A stretch of DNA of 64,000 nucleotides, taken from an uncultured Verrucomicrobiae bacterium (GTDB lineage Bacteria; Verrucomicrobiota; Verrucomicrobiia; Limisphaerales; Palsa-1400). Below, piece by piece: positions 20,636 to 30,607 of this stretch; position 1 is the first letter of the stretch; the number at the start of each line of letters is the position of its first letter. The stretch covers positions 480,001 to 544,000 of the forward strand of contig CAVPOM010000005.1 in NCBI GenBank assembly GCA_963707025.1, given 5' to 3'. A program made the position numbers and the translations under genes. The notes below the pieces were generated by a model. It had not been told where the DNA came from, searched no databases, and was given only the letters and a program-made list of their open reading frames with translations.

Positions 20636-23600
20636 TTAAATCGAATTCAGCCATTTCCAAACCCGCAATGCTTCCAGCACGCTCCACGCCTGGGCGTCGC
20701 AACCGCGCGGTTGATGAGGAGCGTCGCCATCCAGGATTTCCGGCAACTGGCCCAGGCAACCACCCATCATAAGACTGTCCATGCCGGCGAGATAGGCTTT
20801 GGCGGCGGCGACAGCGGCCGGCGATAAATCCCAGGCCCGCGCCAGCGCTTCACAGGCCCCAGGAAGCGTCCAGACCCAGGCGGTGCCATTGTGATAGGCC
20901 GGTTTGCGCCGGGTGTCCTCGTCTCCTTCGTAACGGCCCTGATACGGTTCGCGCGGCTCGCCCAGAAGCTGGCCGTCGGGCAGGCGAATCTCCAGCGGCG
21001 GCCAGACGGGCAGCGGTGCCAGCGTGCGAAGCGCCCCCGGCACAAACAAAAAGCGCAAAGCCGCCGCCACCGCCCGGCGCGCCGGCGCCCCCGTGACAAA
21101 ACCAAAGGCAATGGCCGGCAAATAATTGCTGCGCAGGGCGTTGTCCGGAACCGCGGCGGCGGCGGATTGCCCGAGTTTGGCGATCAGCAGGTCGGCCAGG
21201 TAGCCAGGCTCCTCCAGCCAGAAGAACTTCTTCAAGGATTCCTCCGCGCGATCCGCCAAAACGCGCCAGGCTTCACCGGCAGGCTTGGCGCCGAGGCGTT
21301 CGAGTTGGCGCAAAAGGCGGATCCACAGGACCTGGATTTCCACCGGATAACCTTCGCGCGGCGTGCAGGCGGGGAAATTGGTGTCCATCCAGGTGAAATG
21401 GGGCGGACTCCAGATCAGGGCCGAGGCGGGGTCCATGCGGATGCCGTTGGCGGTCCCGCGCGCGTAATCGCCGCCGATTTCCGCGAGCACGTCCGCAATG
21501 GCGCGGCCGTTCGGGCCAGGCGCGCCTGTCATATATAGTCTTATCCAGTTGCGCCGTCTCCTCGCACACCACTCCATACCACAACGGCGCATCGGAAGTG
21601 TCGCGATCGGAGGCGTCTTCACCGTGGATGGTATTGGGCAGCAGGCCGCCGGAGCAGAAACGGCCGAAGGTCATGAGCAAATCCTCGACTTCGGAGACCA
21701 TGCCCGCCGCCAGCAAGCCGCGCGCGCTGATCAACGAATCGCGGCCCCAATCCAGAAACCACGGGTAGCCGGCGATGATGGTGCGTCCCGCGCCGCGGCG
21801 AACCACGTAAGCGCGCGAGGCCAGGGTCAGTTGCCGTCCGAAGGCGTCGTCCTCCGGCCATCGCGCCTGGCGCAAGGCCAGTGAGTCGGCGGCCTGGCGG
21901 GTGGCGGCAGAGGCCGCCACCAGTTCCAACGCGGGCGGCGGAATGTCCGCGGAGAGAACCACGGACACGCTTTTGCCCTGGGTCAAAGGCAGGTCGAACC
22001 AGCCGGGGCTGTAGGCGTCGCCATCGGGGACTTGCGCGCGGCTTTGTTCCACCGGGTGCGGGATGCCCTGGCACCATTCGGGCTGGGGATGGTAAAGGCC
22101 GGTGTTGCTGAAGACGCGTAATTGCCGGTCCGGCGCGGGCGTGAAAGCGAAGCCAGGGCGGTCAGGCAGTTCGCGGCAATTTTGGGTGAAATGAAATTCG
22201 GCGCCGCCGTTGCGGTGGGTTTCGCCGTGAAAACCGCGGTCTTCAATATCCGCCCGCACCGTCAGGCGCACATCAAATTGCGGCGGCAAATCGGCCGGCC
22301 TGGTGCCGGGCCTCCGGGCGAAGGTGAACAGGGTGGTGTTCCAGTTTTCCAGCATGCCGGCCGTGAGCTGGATTTCCACCGTCCTCCCGTCGCCCGCCTC
22401 CGCCACAAAATCCCACACCGCCGGCTGGCCGGTCTGGAACGAGGCCAGATTTTGCAGATTCAGCGCGGTAATAAATCCGTCGGCGGAAACCCAGACACGA
22501 ATGCGCTTGACCAGAACGTGACGATCCACGGGGAATTCCGGGTGGAGATTGGCTCCGAGGGCGCAGTCATATTTTGAATTGATGCTGCCCAGATCAACGC
22601 AAAGGCGCGCCATGCCGCCCCGGCCATTGGTCAGCAACACCAGCGACGAGGGCGGCGGCTTGGCCAGCACGGTGGCGATGGCGGGCGTGGCCGCCAAAAA
22701 GCGGACGGCGGCCTTCACCCGTTCCGTGGTCAGGCCGTGCCGCTCCAGGTCCAGCTCCGCGTCCGCGGCGGCGCCGGCCGGTTGCGGGGCAAAACAGGCC
22801 GCGAAGCCGTCCCGCACTTCGATCGCTTCGACGTGTCGTTGCCATCCGCCGCATTCCAACGTGGCGCGGAAGCGGCGCGGATCGTGCAGCAGCAGCCAAT
22901 GGCCGGGCGGCACCGGGGTGACGCGGCGGACGTCAATCAAACTCCAGTCCACCACCTGCGGGAATTTCCCTTTGGCCTCGTCCAGCGCGCCGCACAAATC
23001 AGCGCGCGCTTGGACGCGGTTGATATGAGGAAGCGCCGCCAGAAAATCGCGCGGGCCGGCATGGACGCGGGCGGCCAGGGCGCGCCAATCGCACGGCCCG
23101 ATTTCTTCGGGCAACAGCACCTTGCTCAACGCGGCAATGGCCCACGCGGATTGGGCGCGGGCGCGCCGGTATTCCTCCCCGGCCAGGCCCTGGGGTTTGG
23201 GAGTCGAAGCCAGGCAAAAAGCCGCGCCCGGTTCCAAGTCAAAAATGATATTCGCGCCGGCCGTTTTGCCTTGCGGCGCCTTCTGGCCGAGCAAATCATA
23301 TTGCGGCGGGCCAAGGCCGGCGCATTGGTCGCCATCCAGGGCCAGTGTCCGGCTCTGGCGCTCGTCCATGTTCACCAGCGTCAGCACATGATCCAGTCCC
23401 TCGGCGGAATCGCGCCGCAGGGCATAGACCGGCGAATCGTCCTGGCTCAAGCGGGTGAGAACGGCGCCATCGAAGAAGCAGGGATGCCCGGCCAGCAGGT
23501 GATTGAGTTGCGCCAGTTCGGCCAGCAAATTGTCCGGGTTGCCCCAGGACAGGCCGCGGCTGGAGTGAACATTGATTCTTTCCGTCGCCAGCCACTCCAC

Positions 23601-24950
23601 GCCGCTGGTGAAGCCAAACCCGCCGCTCACGCTGGTCAGCGCGCACAAGCGGTTGCGCATGAGCGACCAGACGCGCCCGCTGCCGGCCAGACGGTCGTTG
23701 TCGTGGGTCTCGCTGTAGTTGATGTAGAGGCCGAGCCGGGCGCTTTGGCGATGGGAGTAATCCAGGTAGCGGGCCACGCTGGGGCCGCCGAAATTCTGGA
23801 AAAGTTCCGAGTAGGCCCATTGCATCCCCCCTTCGGTGAGGAGCGATTCGGTGGCCGCCCACGGGCCGCCCAGACCTTCGAGCAGAAAAACCGTTTGCGG
23901 GAATTCCTGGCGCACCCGGGCCTCGATGTATTGCCAGATGCGCACCGGCACCTTGTAGCCGGCGTCGCAGCGAAAACCATCCGCGCCCCGGCGGCACCAG
24001 GTCAAAAAGGCGCGGGCCACTTCCTCCCACAAGGCGACGTAATTGGGGTCCAACTCCACCAAGTCTTCCCACGTCACCCCCCAGGCGCCCGGGCTGGCGA
24101 AACGGCCATCCGCCCGATGGACAAACCACTCCGGATGATTCTCAAATAACGCCGAGCCCCAGCCGGTATGGTTGATCACCATGTCAAGAAGTATCCGCCC
24201 GCCCCGGCGATGCACCGCGTCGGTCAGCTCGCAGAATTGGCCAATCCCGGTCGTCCGCTGATCGAATTCCACCAGCGCCGGATCAATGGCGGTCAGGTCC
24301 AGGCAGGCGTAGGGACTGCCAAAGCGCCCGAAGCGTGCGAAGGTGGTGGGCACGGGATTGACCGGGAGCAATTGCAAAATCCGGCAGCCCAAAGTGTCGA
24401 AGATGTGCGGCAATTCGCCGATCAAGCCCCGCAATTTTCCGGAAGGCGGAATGACCGTGTAACCGCGTCCGTCCAATTTCTGCAACTGCTTATCCCAGGC
24501 CGGGTCCTGGGTGGCGCGGGCGCGCTTGGATTCGCCAAACAGGCGCGGGAAGGCGCAATAAATCGTGTTGGCCGTGCGATAATCGCTGGGATGGACGGAA
24601 ACTCCGGCGTCGGCCCCGTCGGGCCAGACTTGCCGCCCTTCCGCCGTGACCATGTAAGCTTTGGCGCGATAAAAGCCGACATCGGTCAGCGGCATTTCCA
24701 CGGCCCATTCGCCGCTGGGCAGGGGCTGAAGGGGAACATCGCGCCAGAAGGCGATGGAGAACGGATTTTTGCCGGCGTGGGTGGCGATGACTTCCTGGCG
24801 CAGGCGGCCGGCCTTGCCGAGGTTGGTGCGGAGGAGGGCGCGCGCCCCTGTGGCCAGCGCCGGGGGCAGGCGCAGGCTGAAGCGCACGCGGTCTCCGACA
24901 AAGCGGAGCAGGCGTTCGCCCGGCGCGGGACTCATGATCAGGCCGTCCAT
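20636..24950 (-). CDS. Bifunctional glycogen debranching enzyme, GH13 plus amylo-1,6-glucosidase (1-nt frameshift at 21518)
   Basis: VINHTG, GFRCDAG, ETHDND; LLTNGRGG; IAGYPWFLDWGRD, TWMD, YHNGTAW, GCDAQAWS; joined length 1437 aa. Confidence 0.9.
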
Positions 24951-25124
24951 GGAAATGCAAAAGGCAAAGTGAAGAATGAAGAATGAAGAATAAAATGACA
25001 AGCGATAGATTGGCCTGGAATGGCGTGATTTTGATTTCGCCATTTCGGGCTTGCAATTGGCCTGGGGTTGGATACTTTTCCCTGCTCCGCTCCCTGAAAG
25101 AGCGGGATGGACAAAAAAAGAATT

Positions 25125-25682
25125 ATGGCCTCAGCAAACGATTTACGCAAGGGCATGGCCCTCAATTATAACGGCGACATCTCGGTGGTGCTGGACACGC
25201 AGCACCGCACGCCGGGGAATTTGCGCGCCTTCGTCCAGGCCTCCCTGCGCAGCATCCGCACGGGCAAAACCTCCGACGTGCGCTTCAGTTCCACGGAAAA
25301 AATCGAGGTGGTGCCGATGATGACGCGGAAGATGGATTTCAGTTACAAGGACGGCGAGGATTTTGTTTTCTCCGATCCGGAAACTTACGAGACGACCACG
25401 CTGGTGGCCGAGTTGATCGGCGAAGCGAAGAATTATCTGGTGGAGAACGGCAGCGTGACGGTGACGTTTGTGGAGGACAAGGCCGTCGCCGTCGAACTGC
25501 CCTCCAGCGTGGTTCTGAAGGTGGCGGATGCGCCGGAAGGGATTCGGGGCGATTCGTCCAACAACGTGCAAAAGGCCATTGTCCTGGAAACCGGCATCAC
25601 GGTGAATGCGCCGCTGTTCATCAAGACCGGGGAGAGAATCAAGGTGGATACGCGCACGGGGAAGTACATGGAACGAGCGTGA
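25125..25682 (+). CDS. efp: Elongation factor P
   Basis: ANDLRKGM, LETG...PLFIKTGERIKVDTRTGKYMERA. Confidence 0.96.
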   Translation: MASANDLRKGMALNYNGDISVVLDTQHRTPGNLRAFVQASLRSIRTGKTSDVRFSSTEKIEVVPMMTRKMDFSYKDGEDFVFSDPETYETTTLVAELIGEAKNYLVENGSVTVTFVEDKAVAVELPSSVVLKVADAPEGIRGDSSNNVQKAIVLETGITVNAPLFIKTGERIKVDTRTGKYMERA

Positions 25683-25751
25683 ATTTAGAATGGTGAATGC
25701 TGAATAGTGAATTCAGAAATTCGCCATTCTCAATTCACAATTCACTATTCT
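25680..25751. repeat. Degenerate heptamer tandem repeats in inverted arrangement
   Basis: (nnnGAAT)x5 followed by (nnnATTC)x5; similar tracts at 11511-11542 and 24960-24998. Confidence 0.65.
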
Positions 25752-26781
25752 CGGCTCGGTGGCCGAATTTGCGCGAGAGCTTGAGGGCGGCGGGGAGTGA
25801 CTTCACCCCAGCGGAGCCAACCGGCTCCATCCGGGCCGCGCCCGCGGCGCAGACGGCTGTCAACAAACATCGCGGCAAATCCCAGCCTTCGTGCAAACCC
25901 AGCAGCACCGCCGCCGCAAAAGCATCCCCGGCACCGCCCGCGCCGGTGATTCGTGGCGAGGGCAGGTTGAGGGAGGGCTGCCAGACATCTCCGCCTTTGC
26001 GCGGGCGCATGAAACCCCCTTCGGGAAAGTGCAGAATCACCAGTTCGCGCACGCCCGCCTGCAACAGCGCCCCGGCGGCGTGACGCAAGGAAACGGGATT
26101 GATCCGCCCATTGGCCTCGCGAATCTGGAAGCCGGCGGCGCGGCCCGCCTCGATCTCATCGAGAATGCAATAGTCGGCGAATTTGAGGGCGGGCAGGATG
26201 GACCGTGCCCCGGCGCCGCCGGGTTCGCTGACGGCGGCGACGCTGGTTTTGAGGCCGGCCTGCCGGGCAGCGTGCAGGAGGACGGCGGACTTGGCGCCAA
26301 ACCTGGCGTCGGGCGCATCCAGGGCGTCGAGGCGCAAGAGGCTGCCCAGATGAAAGAGGCGCGCCTTGCTGCGGGTGAAATTCAGCCCCGCGCCGTGCCA
26401 CAAGGCATTGGCACCGCGCTGATGAAAGGAGGTGCGCACTCCGGTTCCCTGCTCCAGCATGACGACGGTGGAAGCGGTTGGCGACAGCGCGGTGGATCCA
26501 AGCCAGCGAGCGTCAATGTGGAGGCGCCTGCAATCGTCGAGGATGAGGCGGCCCGCGGCGTCCCGGCCGAGCAGGCCCGCGCCCGCCAATGGAAAGGGGG
26601 CCTTCCAGCGCGCCAGATTGGCCAGGACGTTGAAAGAGGACCCGGCGGCGGCCGTGTCTTGGCGCTGGATGTCCGCGCCCTGGCCGCGTGGCGGATAAGA
26701 GAGGATCAGGCTGGCGTGCTCGACGATCCAATCACCCGCCGCGAGAATCCCACAACGGGAGGAAAGCTGGCTCTTCTTCAT
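25735..26781 (-). CDS. PfkB family carbohydrate kinase
   Basis: GLLGRDAAG, GAGDAFAAAVLLG. Confidence 0.88.
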   Translation of the reverse strand: MKKSQLSSRCGILAAGDWIVEHASLILSYPPRGQGADIQRQDTAAAGSSFNVLANLARWKAPFPLAGAGLLGRDAAGRLILDDCRRLHIDARWLGSTALSPTASTVVMLEQGTGVRTSFHQRGANALWHGAGLNFTRSKARLFHLGSLLRLDALDAPDARFGAKSAVLLHAARQAGLKTSVAAVSEPGGAGARSILPALKFADYCILDEIEAGRAAGFQIREANGRINPVSLRHAAGALLQAGVRELVILHFPEGGFMRPRKGGDVWQPSLNLPSPRITGAGGAGDAFAAAVLLGLHEGWDLPRCLLTAVCAAGAARMEPVGSAGVKSLPAALKLSRKFGHRAENSEL

Positions 26782-26906
26782 AGTGGCGGCTGGCGCGAGT
26801 GTAAGGCGTGAGGGTGGGAATAGAAAGTCTAAAATTGCGACCGGATCGGGGCGAATCTTGACAGAGCGAAATGGCCGGGATAGATTTGAGTCAGCCATTC
26901 GCAAAT

Positions 26907-27263
26907 ATGCCGTCTGCCAATAACAACGATCACTATCAGTGGGTGAAGTTCCTGGAGCATTGGGGATTGTTTCTGACGATGCTGGCTGTCGTTCTTTTCG
27001 CTTCGCTCTCCCTGTCCATTTTGAGTTTCTTTAAGACGTTGCATGCACCGGCTTGGTTACTTCTCCTCGGCGTGAGTTTCGCGTTCATTCTTTCGGGCGC
27101 GGCGCTCATCACATGGGCCAAACTCCCGGCTTATCGAAGCGGGCGTTTCTTCACTTTTGGGGTCAAGTCAGTCCCCGGCGATCTTGCAAGGCATTACAAA
27201 TGGGGCTGGCGTTTGTTTCTGTTCGGTGTCGCCCTGTCCCTTGGTCTGCTGCTCTCGACGTAG
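26907..27263 (+). CDS. Hypothetical membrane protein (about 3 TM)
   Basis: Three hydrophobic segments; lower GC. Confidence 0.65.
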   Translation: MPSANNNDHYQWVKFLEHWGLFLTMLAVVLFASLSLSILSFFKTLHAPAWLLLLGVSFAFILSGAALITWAKLPAYRSGRFFTFGVKSVPGDLARHYKWGWRLFLFGVALSLGLLLST

Positions 27264-27272
27264 GAACCACTC

Positions 27273-27416
27273 GGGGGCATCTTGATACTACCACCATTCA
27301 TGGCATGAACGCCGGCCCATGAAACAGATGGAAACCTCCTCACCCCGTCCCTCTCCTCCACAAGTGTGTGGAGGAGAGGGAGAAGAAGCGCGCGGCGCTG
27401 GTGCCAAGATGCGCCC
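27273..27416. mobile_element. 144-bp MITE with 9-bp target duplication
   Basis: GAACCACTC at 27264-27272 and 27417-27425; TIRs match at 13 of 16; internal 15-bp perfect hairpin 27348-27381. Confidence 0.8.
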
Positions 27417-27482
27417 GAACCACTCTGAGTGCCGCGTTTTGGATTTACGGCTGCAAGGAAGAAGAGGAAGCTGGAATAATTT

Positions 27483-29321
27483 ATGAACACGCCCATGCCA
27501 CGACGGGAATTTCTCAAGGCCGCCCCCCTCGCCGCCTACGGGCTGGCCCGGGTGGCGCAAGGCTCGCCCGCGCCGCCGCCCGGCGGCGAGATGGGCGCCA
27601 AGCTCAAAATTGAGCCGTTCAATTATCAAGGCGTCCGCCTCCACCCCAGCCGATGGCAGCAACAATTCCAGGCCATGCGCGATTTCTATCTCGGCATCCC
27701 GGATGACGACATCTTGCACGGCTATCGCGCCGCCGCCGGGCTGCCCGCGCCGGGCAAGGCGCTGGGCGGCTGGTGCCGGATCAACAGCAACACCGTCTTC
27801 GGCCAGTGGCTCAGCGGGATGGCGCGGATTTATCGGGCCACCAACGACACGGCCATGCGCAACAAGGCCATCGGCCTGTTCACGGAATGGGCCAAAACGG
27901 TCAAGCCGGACGGGGATTGCGGCATGAGACATTATCCGTACGAGAAGCTGGTGTGCGGGCTGGTGGATTTGAAGGTTTTTGCTGATTTCGACGAGGCGCT
28001 GCCCATGCTCGAACGGGTGGCCGCTTTTGCCTCCAAGAATCTGAGCCGCGAAAATGTCCCGGCCGGGGAGAAGTTGGGCGGTTTCTCCGGCCTGCCCGGC
28101 GAGTGGTACACGCTGGCGGAGAATCATTACCGCGCCTGGCAATTGACGGGCAACCCGCTCTACAAGGACTTGGCCGGCGCGTGGCACTACAACAGCTATT
28201 GGGGGAAATTTGAGCAGAGCGCCGCTCCGCCCGACGCGCAAGGGGTCCACGCCTACAGTCACATCAACAGCTTCAGCAGCGCGGCCATGGCCTACGCGGT
28301 GACGGGGGAGGAGCAATACCTGCGCATCATCAGGAACGCCTACGACTGGCTGCAAAACCTGCAGTGCTACGCGACCGGCGGGTTCGGACCCTCGGAAGTG
28401 ATCGCCGCGCCCGACGGCGGCCTGGGCCGCGCGCTGGAGGGCCGGCAGGACACTTTTGAAACCGGGTGCGGCTCCTGGGCGGCCTTCAAGTTGTCGCGCT
28501 ATTTGATGCAATTCACCGGGGAGGCGCGCTACGGGGACTGGACGGAACGGATTTTTTACAACGGCATCGGCTCGGCCCTGCCCGTCACGCCGGAAGGAAA
28601 GAACTTTTACTATTCGGACTACCGCGTGGCCGGGGGGATGAAGGTCCATTACCTGGCGGCGTGGGCCTGCTGCGCCGGCACCTACATCCAGGCGGTGGCG
28701 GATTACCACAATATTATATACTACAAAGACGCGGACAGCCTCTGCGTCAACTTGTATGTTCCCTCCGAAGTGACCTGGAGCCGTCCGGGCGGCGCGGTCA
28801 AACTGGCGCAGGAAACCAGCTATCCCGAGGCGGAAACCTCCACGTTCACGCTGGAACTGGCGCAGAGCCAGAAATTCGCCCTCAAGTTCAGAGTGCCCGG
28901 CTGGGCGCGCGACGTTTCGGTGCGCCTCAACGGCGCGGAGGCGAACATCCCCTGCCCGCCCGGCTCGTGGGCCAGCCTGGAACGCGCCCGGAATTCCGGC
29001 GACCGCGTGGAAATCCGCATCCCGCTGGCTTTCCGCATGCAGGCGGTGGACAGGCAGCACCCGGAGCGCGTCGCCATCGTGCGCGGCCCGGCGGTGATGG
29101 TGTTGGAAGGCGATTATCACGAGCCCAAGTTCCGCCTCCCTGACACCGATGCCGAGTTGAACCATTGGCTGGTGGCGGGCAGCAATCCCGGCTGGTTCAA
29201 CGTCCAACTCCCCGACCAGAGCCGGGTGCGTTCGAGCGTCCGTCCCTTCTACGGCATCGGGCAGGAGTACCCCTACAAACTGTACTTTGACAAGAAGGCG
29301 CTGCCGCTGGCGTTCTGGTAA
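27483..29321 (+). CDS. GH127/DUF1680 glycoside hydrolase (beta-L-arabinofuranosidase-like), Tat-exported
   Basis: RREFLK signal; YATGG, ETGCGS, ERIFYN, WACCAGT. Confidence 0.88.
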   Translation: MNTPMPRREFLKAAPLAAYGLARVAQGSPAPPPGGEMGAKLKIEPFNYQGVRLHPSRWQQQFQAMRDFYLGIPDDDILHGYRAAAGLPAPGKALGGWCRINSNTVFGQWLSGMARIYRATNDTAMRNKAIGLFTEWAKTVKPDGDCGMRHYPYEKLVCGLVDLKVFADFDEALPMLERVAAFASKNLSRENVPAGEKLGGFSGLPGEWYTLAENHYRAWQLTGNPLYKDLAGAWHYNSYWGKFEQSAAPPDAQGVHAYSHINSFSSAAMAYAVTGEEQYLRIIRNAYDWLQNLQCYATGGFGPSEVIAAPDGGLGRALEGRQDTFETGCGSWAAFKLSRYLMQFTGEARYGDWTERIFYNGIGSALPVTPEGKNFYYSDYRVAGGMKVHYLAAWACCAGTYIQAVADYHNIIYYKDADSLCVNLYVPSEVTWSRPGGAVKLAQETSYPEAETSTFTLELAQSQKFALKFRVPGWARDVSVRLNGAEANIPCPPGSWASLERARNSGDRVEIRIPLAFRMQAVDRQHPERVAIVRGPAVMVLEGDYHEPKFRLPDTDAELNHWLVAGSNPGWFNVQLPDQSRVRSSVRPFYGIGQEYPYKLYFDKKALPLAFW

Positions 29322-29341
29322 ATTGCGCCGCAGCTTTCCTC

Positions 29342-30550
29342 ATGCCTGAAGAACAAAAAGGGCCGCCGGCGCGCTGGCTGAACCGCACTGTGCTGGGCAT
29401 CGGGCTGGCCTCGCTCTGTAGCGATTGGGCGCACGAAACGGCCACCACCCTCCTGCCCGCCTTTCTGGCCACCTTGAATGTGGCGGCGGCCTGGCTCGGC
29501 CTGATCGAAGGCGTCTCCGACGGTCTGTCCAGCGTGGCGAAAATGGCCTCCGGCTTCGCCACCGACCGCCTGGCGCGCCGCAAACCGGTGGCGGTCGTGG
29601 GTTACCTGGTGACGGCCCTGGGCACGGCCTGCTTCGGCCTGGCCACCAGCGCGTGGCATGTCCTCCTGGCCCGCGCCGGCGCCTGGCTGGGACGCGGCGT
29701 GCGCACGCCGGTGCGCAAAGCCATACTGGCCGGTTCCGTCACGCCCGCAACTTACGGGCGCGCCTTCGGCTTCGAGCGGATGATGGACACGGTGGGTGCG
29801 ATTGCCGGCCCGGCGACCGCCCTGGCGCTGCTCCCGCTGGCGCGCGGGAATTACCGGGCCGTCTTCGCGCTCACGCTGGTTCCGGGGGTGACGGCGGCAT
29901 TATTGATAGCCTTTGTTGTCAAGGAAAAGGAGCGCGCGCCGGTGCCGCACATTTCCCTGGGCGCCAGCGTGCGGGCCATGCCGGCGCGCTACCGGAAACT
30001 CCTGGCGGCGGCCGGCTTGTTCGGCGCGGGAGATTTCGCCCACACCCTGCTGCTGCTGCTGGCCGCGCAGAAATTGGCGCCGGCCCTGGGCCTGGCGCGC
30101 GCCAGCACGGCCGCGGCCGCCTTCTACATTCTGCACAATGTCCTTTCCGCCGGCGCCTCGATGGCGGCCGGGCGGCTGGCGGATCGTTTCAACAAAGGCC
30201 GCCTCCTGGCCGCCGGCTATGGCCTGGCCGTGCTCATGGCGCTGGGGCTGGTTTTCCTGCCGATGAACCTCGGGACGCTGGCCGGAGTTTTCTCCCTCGG
30301 CGGCCTCTACACGGGGATGGTGGAAACGCTGGAAGATTCGTTTTGCGCGGAACTGGCCGGCGAGAAGCAGCCCGGGGTCGCTTTCGGGCTGCTGGCCACG
30401 GTGAACGGCCTGGGCGATTTCGCTTCCAGTCTGATCGTGGGGTTGCTTTGGACAGCGGCCGGCACGCCCGTCGCCTTCGCTTACAGCGGAGTCCTTTTTC
30501 TGGCCGGGGCAGTGTTGGTTCTGCGTTCGGCGCAAAACACTTCCAGCTAA
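29342..30550 (+). CDS. MFS transporter
   Basis: About 12 hydrophobic segments; GFATDRLARRK and GRLADRFNKG motifs. Confidence 0.9.
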   Translation: MPEEQKGPPARWLNRTVLGIGLASLCSDWAHETATTLLPAFLATLNVAAAWLGLIEGVSDGLSSVAKMASGFATDRLARRKPVAVVGYLVTALGTACFGLATSAWHVLLARAGAWLGRGVRTPVRKAILAGSVTPATYGRAFGFERMMDTVGAIAGPATALALLPLARGNYRAVFALTLVPGVTAALLIAFVVKEKERAPVPHISLGASVRAMPARYRKLLAAAGLFGAGDFAHTLLLLLAAQKLAPALGLARASTAAAAFYILHNVLSAGASMAAGRLADRFNKGRLLAAGYGLAVLMALGLVFLPMNLGTLAGVFSLGGLYTGMVETLEDSFCAELAGEKQPGVAFGLLATVNGLGDFASSLIVGLLWTAAGTPVAFAYSGVLFLAGAVLVLRSAQNTSS

Positions 30551-30589
30551 AAAAACAACTCCGCGCCCTTCGCAGGAAGAGCGCGGAGC
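30549..30589 (-). terminator. Intrinsic terminator
   Basis: Stem ctccgcgc..cttc / gaag..gcgcggag with a U-tract on the minus strand. Confidence 0.65.
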
Positions 30590-30607
30590 TGGTGAATAAT
30601 CAGCCGC

